In this document: positions 47,201 to 64,000 of the stretch, piece by piece
Position numbering within the stretch: position 1 is the stretch's first letter
Layout: every line of letters starts with the position of its first letter
Origin: Amoebidium appalachense
Lineage: Eukaryota; Protista; Ichthyosporea
Assembly (NCBI GenBank): GCA_963693365.1
Contig: CAVNZM010000011.1
Location: forward strand, 2,644,598-2,708,597
Length of the DNA: 64,000 nt
Direction of reading: 5' to 3'
The notes under the pieces: model-generated
Databases searched by the model: none
Seen by the model: only the letters and a program-made list of their open reading frames with translations
What the model was told of the DNA's origin: nothing
Translations under genes and position numbers: made by a program

Positions 47201-47488
47201 GTTGAATGGGAAAGGAATCGAATAGAATTAATGAGGAATGTAGGTTACTATATTTGGGAAAATGTAACGAGATCTGATTGGATGACTTATTTAGACATTG
47301 ACACAAACGACAATACGTGTGCGCGGGCTAAATATCTCGATGTGTACACAGATCTAAGATATTTGTGCACACGGAAACAGAAAGGAAAGAAAGAAAGGAA
47401 AAGGGAAAAGAAAACAAACTACAACAAACTAATAAACATATATAAAACTCAACTTCTAAGTCTTGCCGTTAATCATGGGAAGATGACA

Positions 47489-47757
47489 GGGGGGGGGTTA
47501 AGAAACGAAGAAGAGGATGGGGATGGGAGGACCTGGTCGTGATGGTGGCATAAGTGGTCGGTCGGCTGGGAGGTGGGAAGGGGGGTTACGGGGAAGGGGG
47601 AAGGAGAAAGTGGGGAAGAATATAGGAACTCAAGGGCTGTCAAGGGCAACTTAAGTCACGTACGCCTTTATAAAAGGGCGGAGAAACCGGCAGAGGGGGT
47701 GGCCATGGAGGAGGAGGAGGGGGTACCGGTGGTGGTGGTGGAGGAGGAGGAGGAGGA

Positions 47758-47812
<55 letters not shown>

Positions 47813-49424
47813 CGTTTCATCGCCTGCACTATGTATACGTAACTGTGCCAGTTTTTAATGTTGCACTCGGATCGTCCAGATACCCTGGGACCAGCAGGGG
47901 CACAAAAAAAGTGGTAGAGCCCACACATGCACACTGCCACCTACTGAGATGGCTCCTTATTTTTCCTTACACATTCAGCGATCGCGAACACTGGACTCTA
48001 TCGAACCGTCGAGGCGCCGCGACAGAAAGCATGCACGCGGTCGCGAGAGTGTAAGGAAAAATCGCCTGCAGCGAACATAAAGTTCAACGCAGCGCGTGCA
48101 CACCGTCAGTACGTGTGAGACATGCACAAGACGTTGCACCGAAAGTTGTTGCACTGTACGCGTGCGCACGCGTACGTGGGCACTGGGCCCTGGCAGGCTC
48201 ACGGCTCTGTTTGCTGGAGAAGTTCCCGCCTTGAGATGGACATGACCAATGAGCGTCAAGGATAAAACTGCTGGATAAACGTATGACTGACAACAGACTA
48301 ATCATAGCTCGTATAACCGCGAGGTTAGCTAGCTGAACTGATAGTGGGCCTGGCGACCCTTGAAAGAATGTAATACGCAAGTTAAAAGAATAAAATATAA
48401 GAAAACTAGGTCATTCATACAATTAAATATATTTCAGCAAGTAAAGATTACTTTCTGACAAATATGTGTCTAATAATGGAAATTGTTATTTCCCTTATCT
48501 TGGCCTTTTCCACTGTTATGACGTGGCAGAAGACAACCAATCACCTGTGAGTGAATTAGATCCTTTTACACCGTCTCGTCTCCCACACCCATTACTATAT
48601 AAATGAAGGCGGACCACGCAACTGACGACGTCATTTCTTTCAACACTCCTGTTGAACAGAGCAGATCAAACGAGACATTCGTAGAACTGTGCCCAAGTTT
48701 CAGCCCGAACATGTTGTTCTAACCGCAGAAACCTTTTCTTCCATCAACCCAAAACACACCAAGCCTTCCTTTTCACACACACACAGCAGTCTTTCATCAG
48801 TTCTGACGCACACCACAACCCCCCTTCTTTTTTTTTTTTTGGGGGGGGGGGGGGGGGGAGGGGGGGGAGGGGGGGGGGGGGGGGGGGGGGGAGTGTATAC
48901 GTGTGCTTGTCTGCAGTGCGAGAAAGGGAGGGGGGAAGGGGAGGGCGGGGAGGGGGGGGGGGGGGGGGGAGGGGGGGGGGGGGATATAGAGGAGGTCTCG
49001 AGACGAAAGGGAATTCGCGAACTTGATTCTTGACATAGTGGGATGGGGTGGTGCGGGGGGTTATGGGTGAGCTGGCTGAGGTTGGGTGTGGATGATGGTG
49101 GCAACGGGGGTGGGGGGGGGGGGGGGGGGGGGGGGAAGGGGGGGGGAGGTGGGGGGGGGGGGGGGGGTTAAGAAACGAAGAAGAGGATGGGGATGGGAGG
49201 ACCTGGTCGTGATGGTGGCATAAGTGGTCGGTCGGCTGGGAGGTGGGAAGGGGGGTTACGGGGAAGGGGGAAGGAGAAAGTGGGGAAGAATATAGGAACT
49301 CAAGGGCTGTCAAGGGCAACTTAAGTCACGTACGCCTTTATAAAAGGGCGGAGAAACCGGCAGAGGGGGTGGCCATGGAGGAGGAGGAGGGGGTGGTGGT
49401 GGAGGAGGAGGAGGAGGAGGAGGA

Positions 49425-49463
<39 letters not shown>

Positions 49464-50440
49464 GTTTCATCGCCTGCACTATGTATACGTAACTGTGCCA
49501 GTTTTTAATGTTGCACTCGGATCGTCCAGATACCCTGGGACCAGCAGGGGCACAAAAAAAGTGGTAGAGCCCACACATGCACACTGCCACCTACTGAGAT
49601 GGCTCCTTATTTTTCCTTACACATTCAGCGATCGCGAACACTGGACTCTATCGAACCGTCGAGGCGCCGCGACAGAAAGCATGCACGCGGTCGCGAGAGT
49701 GTAAGGAAAAATCGCCTGCAGCGAACATAAAGTTCAACGCAGCGCGTGCACACCGTCAGTACGTGTGAGACATGCACAAGACGTTGCACCGAAAGTTGTT
49801 GCACTGTACGCGTGCGCACGCGTACGTGGGCCGTGGCAGGCTCACGGCTCTGTTTGCTGGAGTTTCCCGCCTTGAGATGGACATGACCAATGAGCGTCAA
49901 GGATAAAACTACTGGATAAACGTATGACTGACAACAGACTAATCATAGCTCGTATAACCGCGAGGTTAGCTAGCTGAACTGATAGTGGGCTCGGCGCCCC
50001 TTGAAAGAATGTAATACGCAAGTTAAAAGAAAAAATATAAGAAAACTAGGTCATTTCATAGAATTAAATATATTTCAGCAAATAAAGATTACTTTCTGAC
50101 AAATATGTGTCTAATAATGGAAATTTTTATCTCCCTTATCTTGGCCTTTTCCACTGTTATGACGTGGCAGAAGACAACCAATCACCTGTGAGTAGATTAG
50201 ATCCTTTTACACCGTCTCGTCTCCCACACCCATCACTATATAAATGAAGGCGGACCAAATTTCTTTCAACACTCCTGTTGAACAGAGCAGATCAAACGTA
50301 GAACTGTGCCCAAGTTTCAGCCCGAACATGTTGTTCTAACGGCAGAAACTTTTTCTTCCATCAACCCAAAACACACCAAGCCTTCCTTTTCACACACACA
50401 CAGCAGTCTTTCATCAGTTCTGACGCACACCACAACCCCC
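47489..50440. repeat. Tandem segmental duplication (~1.35-kb shared block, ~1.67-kb spacing)
   Basis: 47497-48824 closely matches 49166-50440 (ttaagaaacgaagaagagg... to ...caccacaacccc). Each copy has tataaaag and the 20-bp palindrome gtacgcgtgcgcacgcgtac (48156, 49806). Confidence 0.9.
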
Positions 50441-50775
50441 AAAAAGTGTTCGAACAACAACAGCAAGAACACGTGACCAAGGTGTCCACGAGAGTCCTCA
50501 ACATGGACCCGATTCCACTTACGCAACTTGCGTTTAATCTCACCCTTCTCTCGCTGAGGCCTCGGTACGCGCTGCTTCTGCCGCTGCTGTCTGCGCTGGT
50601 GCACGTCATTGAGCAAATTGCTGTCCTGCAGTGGCCCTGCGTCGACCAAGAGGCCACAGTGGCTGAGTAGGTCTCCCCCTGCAAAGTGCACTGCACTTAA
50701 ATTTTTCGTTTTTTCTTTGTCTGCTTGCTACCTCAAGAACATTCATTCGAATTCTTTTTGAGTTACTTCGTTGAA

Positions 50776-50960
50776 TACAGCACAAACATTTTCTCAGTCA
50801 CTCGTTAATGCACAAACATTTTCCCAGTTACACGTGCGTGGCACAAACATTTTCTCAGATTCACAAACATTTTCCCAGTTACACGTGCATGCACAAACAT
50901 TTTCCTCAGTTACACGTGCATGCACAAACATTTCCCAGTTACACGTGCATGCACAAACAT
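50776..50960. repeat. ~30-bp minisatellite (gcacaaacattttcccagttacacgtgcat)
   Basis: About 6-7 imperfect copies visible. Confidence 0.88.
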
Positions 50961-51596
50961 CACAGCGCATTCTTTTTGGGTCCCTTAATCCTTTCGGATA
51001 TGTACTTCTTCTCACTCAATGGATTCAATGATTTCTCTCACCCCATGCGACAATATCATTCTCTGAGTATGGTCTCTGCGTTCTTCGCAACCTGTCATTA
51101 GCTTAAGCAGGCTCTAACTCTTACGCTTCCAGAAAAGTTTTCCTGCTAACATCCTTTGATTCTCCCATCATTCATGACATATGCAAGTTCTCGTTAATAC
51201 GTTTTTTTCTCTCCCCGGTCTCAACGGCTCTCCATGAAGTTGCTTGCCAAACACGTATGTACTGCCACTCCTTCCCTTACCCTTCCCTTCTTTCCCCTCT
51301 CCCAGGCTGGGGATGCTAATTTCCAACATTGTCGCCGAGACGGGTGCGTGCTCCGAAAATTCAGCTCAAACCCCCCCAACACCCCCGAGCACCCCACCTT
51401 CAAGCCCCCAAAAGGACCCCACAAAGCCTGAAAACCTCACGTGCCTGGCCCAGAATGTAGCCACCGACGATGCCGCTATGACGTATGTGTACATGTGGGT
51501 GTGGGTGGGGTGTGGAACTTGTGTACGTGTCACGTGTGTACGTGTGTGTGTGTGTGTGACTGTGTGTGGGTGTGCGGAGCGTGTGCACATCTGTAC

Positions 51597-51635
<39 letters not shown>

Positions 51636-51685
51636 CGCGTGTGCGTGTGTATGTGTCTGTGTGTGTGTGTGTGCGTGTGTGTGCT

Positions 51686-51743
<58 letters not shown>

Positions 51744-51894
51744 ACTCCCCCCACCCCCCCACCCCCCCCCCCCAAAAAAAAGAAATAAAAACACACCCTC
51801 CCCCCCCCTTCCCTCCCCACTTTCTTCATTCTCCGTGCCTCATTCTCACTCTATACCTGCTCCTGCCCCCGTCCCCCCATACCACCACCCGCAG

Positions 51895-52491
51895 GTCCCC
51901 CACGCAAGCCAACGACCCCCCCGAATGTGATCTTTCGGTGCTGGAAATTGTCGATTCGATTCCCTAAGATGAGCTGACCGCCCTTCTGGACGGGGTGGAG
52001 GGTTTGGTTGCAACCACACAGGCTGAGCCCAAGCAAGTGTTCAGACCCCCTTCCTCCCCCCCCCTCCCCCCCCCCCCCCCCCCCCCCCCCCCGCCCCGGC
52101 CCCACCACCTCCATTCCCCCCTCCCCCCCCCCCCCCCCCCCCCCCCCAAACCACCACCATCACGTCCGATCACCCCCTCCGGTACGAAAACCATATCCAG
52201 TCTTCCCCCCCCCCCCCCCCCCCCCCCTCCCCCCGTCCCCATCCCCTGGGCGCTTCTCCCTTCCTCAATTTGTTTCTCATTGGACCCCCACCCAGCGTTC
52301 CACTCACTCTGCACTCCCTTACTGACCTCAACATTTCTACCTGCAGGCAGGCCCCTACACCGGCCAAGAAACCCCCCAAGGCAGAAATTTCGCAGCCCAA
52401 ATCTGCACCCAACCCCGTGGCCCTTGTGGACTCACTGGTAGCCAACATGGAGGCCAGGGACAAGCCGGTGCAGCCTTTGTAATTGATCCCA

Positions 52492-52547
<56 letters not shown>

Positions 52548-52993
52548 CTCACACCCCCTACCTCCGCCCCCCTCCTCATCCCCCCCACTCCCGGTAGCTC
52601 CCAGCCCGCTTTCACTTTTTCTCCTCTCTGCACCGTGCTCATTCTATCCCTCACATACACATTCAAGCATACACAAGTTGCTTTAAGCATTTTGCTTTTC
52701 TGGTCCCATCCACCACACCTGTCCAATCTACTACCACTTTAACTGTAACCATGTTACGGGACTTTAAGATCAAAGGTACACCACAGTGGCATCTCTGTGA
52801 TCACCCCTTCCTCCCCTCCCCACCACCCCCCTTCCCCCCTCCACCCCTCCCCTCCCCCCTAAAAAAGTGTGCATGCTGGCGCTGCAGCCCCTTACCCTGT
52901 CTCCTCTCTTGTTTGCAGGCACTGGGTAGACATTGGCCAGCCAACTGCCACCAATCAAATGACGAGAAGGTGACACACAAGGCGGATGATTGA
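51895..52993 (+). pseudogene. Duplicated 3' exons of the gene at 55991-61245, with a premature stop
   Basis: Exons at ~51895, ~52347 (QAPTPAKKPPKAEISQPK) and ~52919 (ALGRHWPANCHQ...ADD*) parallel 58933, 59368 and 61171. TAA at ~51965 where the paralog has CAG. Confidence 0.55.
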
Positions 52994-52995
52994 GG

Positions 52996-55988
52996 GAGAA
53001 AAGTGAGATGGGTGTGTTCTTTTCCGGGTTTTCATTTCCTTAATATCTTCTCATCTCTATTTAACCGGTATAACCCTCCGAAGTATACCGAAATTGTGCT
53101 TTACTCCCATATGTTGTGGTGACTGTCCGGGAGTTGGGGGTGGAGGAGGGCTGTTTTTGCACGCACGCTTTTCTGATTTCTTTATTTTTCAGCCTAGTGG
53201 AATTTTTATCTTGTTTACTTTTATTTGTTTATTTATTTTATTATTAATATTTTGAATTCTCATCATGATTCTAATATCAGAGAAAAGTGAGATGGGTGTG
53301 TTCTTTTCCGGGTTTTCATTTCCTTAATATCTTCTCTCTCTCTCTTCTTTTTTCGTACATCGTATAGCTGATACTCTTTCCGTTGTTGCCTATTTTTCAA
53401 TCCTTCTGCCGCATCCCATTCATCCACCGGAATCACGTGATATCTGGGGCTAAACCGCACTTTCGGTATACACACGGAACTGGCGCGGTATACTGGTATT
53501 TAACCGGTATAACCCTCCGAAGTATACCGAAATTGTGCTTTACTCCCATATGTTGTGGTGACTGTCCGGGAGTTGGGGGTGGAGGAGGGCTGTTTTTGTA
53601 CGCACGCTTTTCTGATTTCTCTATTTTTCAACCTAGTGGAATTTTTATCTTGTTTACTTTTATTTTTTATTTGTTTTTTTATATTATTATTAATATTTTG
53701 AATTCTCATCGTGATTCTAATATCAGAGAAAAGTGAGATGGGTGTGTTCTTTCCCGGGTTTTCATTTCCTTAATATCTTCTCTCTCTCTCTTTTTTTTTT
53801 TTTCGTACATCGTATAGCTGATACTCTTTCCGTTGTTACTTATTTTCAACCCTTCTGCCGCATCCCATTCATCCACCGGAATCACGTGATATCTGGGGCT
53901 AAACCGCACTTTCGGTATACACACGGAACTGGCGCGGTATACTGGTATTTAACCGGCATAACCCTCCGAAGTATACCGAAATTGTGCTTTACTCACATAT
54001 GCTGTGGTGACTGTCCGGGAGTTGGGGGTGGAGGAGGGCTGTTTTTGCACGCACGCTTTTCTGATTTCTTTATTTCTCAGCCTAGTGGAATTTTTATCTT
54101 GTTTACTTTATTTGTTTTTTTATTTTATTATTAATATTTTGAATTCTCATCATGATTCTAATATCAGAGAAAAGTGAGATGGGTGTGTTCTTTTCCGGGT
54201 TTTCATTTCCTTAATATCTTCTCTCTCTTTTTTTTTTTTTTCGCACATCGTATAGCTGATACTCTTTCCGTTGTTGCTTATTTTTTAACACTTCTGCCGC
54301 GTCCCATTCATCCACCGGAATCACGTGATATCTGGGGCTGAACCGCACTTTCGGTATACACACGGAACTGGTGCGGTATACTGGTATTTAACCGGTATAA
54401 CCCTCCGAAGTATACCGAAATTGTGCTTTACTCCCATATGTTGTGGTGACTGTCCGGGAGTTGGGGGTGGAGGAGGGCTGTTTTTGCACGCACGCTTTTC
54501 TGATTTCTTTATTTCTCAGCCTAGTGGAATTTTTATCTTGTTTACTTTTATTTTTTATTTGTTTATTTATATTATTATTAATATTTTGAATTCTCATCAT
54601 GATTCTATTATCAGAGAAAAGTGAGATGGGTGTGTTCTTTTCCGGGTTTTCATTTCCTTAATATCTTCTCTCTCTCTCTTTTTTCTTTTTTTTCGCACAT
54701 CGTATAGCTGATACTCTTTCCGTTGTTGCTTATTTTTTAACCCTTCTGCCGCATCCCATTCATCCACCGGAACCACGTGATATCTGGGGCTAAACCGCAC
54801 TTTAGGTATACACACGGAACTGGCGCGGTATACTGGTATTTAACCGGTATAACCCTCCGAAGTATACCGAAATTGTGCTTTACTCCCATATGTTGTGGTG
54901 ACTGTCCGGGAGTTGGGGGTGGAGGAGGGCTGTTTTTGCACGCACGCTTTTCTGATTTCTTTATTTCTCAGCCTAGTGGAATTTTTGTCTTGTTTACCTT
55001 TTTTTTTATTTGTTTATTTATATTATTATTAATATTTTGAATTCTCATCATGATTCTAATATTGTAGAAAAGTGAGATGGGTGTGTTCTTTTCCGGGTTT
55101 TCATTTCCTTAATATCTTCTCTCTCTCTTATTTTCGTACATCGTATAGCTGATACTCTTTCCGTTGTTGCTTATTTTTTAACACTTCTGCCGCATCCCAT
55201 TCATCCACCGGAATCACGTGATATATGGGGCTAAACCGCACTTTCGGTATACACTCGGAACTGGCGCGGTATACTGGTATTTAACCGGTATAACCCTCCG
55301 AAGTATACCGAAATTGTGCTTTACTCCCATATGTTGTGGCGACTGTCCGGGAGTTGGGGGTGGAGGAGGGCTGTTTTTGCACGCGAGCTCTTCTGATTTC
55401 TTTATTTTTCAGCCTAGTGGAATTTTTGTCTTGTTTACCTTTTTTTTTATTTGTTTATTTATATTATTATTAATATTTTGAATTCTCATCATGATTCTAA
55501 TATCATAGAAAAGTGAGATGGGTGTGTTCTTTTCCGGGTTTTCATTTCCTTAATATCTTCTCTCTCTCTTATTTTCGTACATCGTATAGCTGATACTCTT
55601 TCCGTTGTTGCTGATTTTTTAACCCTTCTGCCGCATCCCATTCATCCACCGGAATCACGTGATACCTGGGGCTAAACCGCACTTTGGGTATACACACGGA
55701 ACTGGCACGGTATACTGGTATTTAACCGGTATAACCCTCTGAAGTATACCGAAATTGTGCTTTACTCCCATATGTTGTGGTGACTGTCCGGGAGTTGGGG
55801 GTGGAGGAGGGCTGTTTTTGCACGCACGCTTTTCTGATTTCTTTATTTTTTCAGCCTAGTGGAATTTTTATCGTTTACTTTTACTATTTATTTGTTTATT
55901 TATATTATTATTAATATTTTGAATTCTCATCATGATTCTAATATCAGAGAAAAGTGAGATGGGTGTGTTCTTTTCCGGGTTTTCATTT
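52996..55988. repeat. Tandem array of ~445-450-bp units (one deleted unit, ~6 full units and a stub), each with a long hairpin
   Basis: agaaaagtgagatgggtgtgttc recurs at ~52997, 53281, 53727, 54168, 54614, 55066, 55507 and 55948. Arms gcactttcggtatac ... gtataccgaaattgtgc. Confidence 0.95.
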
Positions 55989-55990
55989 CA

Positions 55991-61245
<5,255 letters not shown>

Positions 61246-61248
61246 GGG

Positions 61249-62322
61249 AGAAAAGTGAGATGGGTGTGTTCTTTTCCGGGTTTTCATTTCCTTAATATCT
61301 TCTCGTCTCTATTTAACCGTTAACCCTCCGAAGTATACCGAAATTGTGCTTTACTCCCATATGTTGTGGTGACTGTCCGGGAGTTGGGGGTGGAGGAGGG
61401 CTGTTTCTGCACGCACGCTTTTCTGATTTCTTTATTTCTCAGCCTAGTGGAATTTTTATCTTGTTTACTTTTATTTTTTATTTGTTTATCTATATTATTA
61501 TTAATATTTTGAATTCTCATCATGATTCTAATATCAGAGAAAAGTGAGATGGGTGTGTTCTTTTCCGGGTTTTCATTTACTTAATACCTTCTCTCTATCT
61601 TTTTTTTTTTTTCGCACATCGTATAGCTGATACTCTTTCCGTTGTTGCTTATTTTTTAACCCTTCTGCCGCATCCCATTCATCCACCGGAATCACGTGAT
61701 ATCTGGGGCTAAACCGCACTTTCGGTATACACACGGAACTGGCGCGGTATACTGGTATTTAACCGGTATAACCCTCTGAAGTATACCGAAATTGTGCTTT
61801 ACTCCCATATGTTGTGGTGACTGTCCGGGAGTTGGGGGTGGAGGAGGACTGTTTTTGCACGCACGCTTTTCTGATTTCTTTATTTTTCAGCCTAGTGGAA
61901 TTTTTATCTTGTTTACTTTTACTATTTTTTTGTTTATTTATATTATTATTAATATTTTGAATTCTCATCATGATTCTAATATCAGAGAAAAGTGAGATGG
62001 GTGTGTTCTTTTCCGGGTTTTCATTTCCTTAATATCTTCTCTCTCTCTCTCTTTTTTTTTTCGTACATCGTATAGCTGATACTCTTTCCGTTGTTGCTTA
62101 TTTTTCAACCCTTCTGCCGCATCCCATTCATCCACCGGAATCACGTGATATCTGGGGCTAAACCGCACTTTCGGTATACACACGGAACTGGCGCGGTATA
62201 CTGGTATTTAACCGGTATAACCCTCCGAAGTATACCGAAATTGTGCCGAAAGTTTACTCCCATATGTTGTGGTGACCGTCCGGGAGTTGGGGGTGGAGGA
62301 GGGCAGTTTTTGCACGCACGCT
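61249..62322. repeat. Second array of the ~450-bp hairpin satellite (~2.5 units)
   Basis: Same unit as 52996-55988; the first unit carries essentially the same internal deletion. Confidence 0.93.
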
Positions 62323-63269
62323 CATCAGCAAACATCTCCCGGCATCTTTTTCCCGTCTCAAACCAGTCTGGGACATCCTAAACCCGTAACCCATCCTGAA
62401 CCATACCCTTTGTAACCGTTATTAGTTAGAGATGACTCCAAGCTATCCCTAACCCGTCCGGCTTTAGCAGGCGATATTAAAGACATCTCTGTAAGTACGT
62501 CCTTAGCATATCTGTAACCCGGCGAAACCCTATCCCGTGTTCCATCTGTTTCCTCCCCCAAGCATATCTTAGAGCCGTCTTTGTTATGTCTGAATCTATA
62601 AAAAGACAATATTTATGAACTTTTACTAAAAAGATATCCCCAGCATATCTGTAAGCTATCGATCAGCCGTCTACAAGAGCGCTTTGCGATCACCAATATC
62701 CATCTTTAATACTACTTTATGTAGTTCAGACGAACATATATGGCATACTTAACACCTCTTGAAGAATTTGCAGAGATATATTACAGATATGTTGTGGTTA
62801 ACCTAAATGTATCCTTACGATGTAGTTATGTAATATGTTATTTCAGTCTAACACGAGTTGTCGACTTTAGGACGTACTAAAAGCAACTCACCGATAAGCT
62901 AGGGATATTTTTATTGGTACATAGTGACACAAACAAGATATGCGTGAGACGTATTTACGTCATAATATAGATTCATCATCAATTGAGGAAAAGACACAAT
63001 TAATATACACTTTAGACGGCTTTAGGACGGCCTAACGTTATATATGGTCGCTCCCATAGATAGAATAATTATATATTCATAGTTCTGGTAAGAGCACCGG
63101 AAGATTTCTTGATGCAATTTTAAAGCCATCTTTCAGGATGTTCTAAAAGTCACACTAAAAAGACCGTCGTCATCCTTAAAGTCATCTGTTGGATGGCTGG
63201 AGGTTGTCGTGATGATATCTTAATTAAACCCCCACCTCCCCCCCCCCCCCCCCCCCCCCCCGCGGGGAC

Positions 63270-63756
63270 CACCACCCACCCCACATGAACCTTTGACGAT
63301 CGATGACGACGATGAGGTGCCAGACCCACAGGGTCTTTTCCTGGGCACCACCACCCACCCCACATGAACCTTTGACGATCGATGACGACGACGAGGTGCC
63401 AGACCCACAGGGTCTTGCCTCCATACTTTATTTACCTTAACAGGACAAAGAGCCGGTACCCACCTATGGGTGCTAAACATGCACATGATCATTCATGTGC
63501 TATAAGAGCAACACAGAAACGAAACACGGAAACAACAGCAGCCATAGGACAAAGAGCCCCAGACCCACAGGGTCTTGCCTCCATACTTTATTAACCTTAA
63601 CAGGACAAAGAGCCGTTACCCACCTATGGGTGTAAACGTGCACATGATCATTCATGTGCTATAAGAGCAACACAGAAACGAAACACGGAAACAACAGCAG
63701 CCATAGGACAAAGAGCCCCAGACCCACAGGGTCTTGCCTCCATACTTTATTTACCT
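63270..63756. repeat. Compound tandem repeat (~80-bp x2, then ~160-bp x2 and a stub)
   Basis: ccagacccacagggtctt recurs at ~63320, 63398, 63559 and 63718; mini-hairpin gaccc-aca-gggtc. Confidence 0.85.
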
Positions 63757-64000
63757 CTATGAAAACTACTCCGGAAAACTACTCCGGGACGTGTGTTGCC
63801 TCTAGGGGGACATCCCCTTGGACGAAAGTGAACCTGCAATGGTTGTAAACCACGGCAAGCCCCCAGTCATCAATTTATTGATCCGTGAGGTCCTTGTGCC
63901 CAAAAAACGGGGGAAGTCTTCGCCCCGTGAAAAAACAGCACGTATGTGGGGATCAATGGGGGTTGAGTGTAGGGTGTAGGTGGGTGGGTGAAAAAGAAAA

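Larger units (their letters stand above)
41803..47488 (-). mobile_element. Internally deleted/rearranged Ty1/Copia LTR retrotransposon
   Basis: 3' LTR = 41803-41858 + 42604-43348 (tgttat...atgaca), with a poly-G PPT on the minus strand at 43349-43385. A truncated 5' LTR (47204-47488) is fused directly to the RT region, so gag/PR/IN are missing. Flanks cttcc and ggggg are not a TSD. Confidence 0.82.

Noticed and set aside
50317-50696. Minus-strand ORFs following a ctttgcag acceptor
   Set aside because: No recognisable domain and no consistent exon chain.
52996-55988. Possible CRISPR-like or spliced-leader/5S RNA gene array
   Set aside because: No unique spacers and no cas genes. I could not recognise a known SL exon, Sm site arrangement or 5S sequence. 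Kept only as a hairpin satellite.
62323-63230. AT-rich block with recurring gatat/atatc motifs, possibly a transposon end
   Set aside because: No TIR, TSD or coding evidence could be established by eye.

Overview
Eukaryotic (probably protist) genomic DNA. Its GT-AG introns are packed with poly-C runs and (CA)n/(CT)n microsatellites, so most ORF-track entries are low-complexity artefacts. Left half (1-30 kb) holds three spliced genes. (i) An 11+-exon multi-pass membrane protein (+). (ii) A two-coding-exon SelW/Rdx-fold selenoprotein gene (-) that the ORF track misses, with an in-frame TGA in an unusual Cys-Sec motif, an N-myristoylation signal and a type II SECIS in a probably spliced 3'UTR. 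(iii) A divergently transcribed 15-exon gene fusing an ASH2L-like PHD/winged-helix module to a TRAF-like RING/zinc-finger/coiled-coil module and a C2H2 finger. Right half (31-64 kb) is a nest of mobile and duplicated DNA. A decayed RAG1/Transib-like DDE transposase is split by a young, complete chromodomain Ty3/Gypsy element (777-bp LTRs, GCATC TSD, gag UGA-CGG stop, non-canonical PBS). A rearranged Ty1/Copia element carries a nested solo LTR and a 1255-bp insertion. There is also a related solo LTR in an intronic C-tract, segmental duplications, and ~450-bp hairpin-bearing tandem arrays. All calls were read by eye; no database searches were run.
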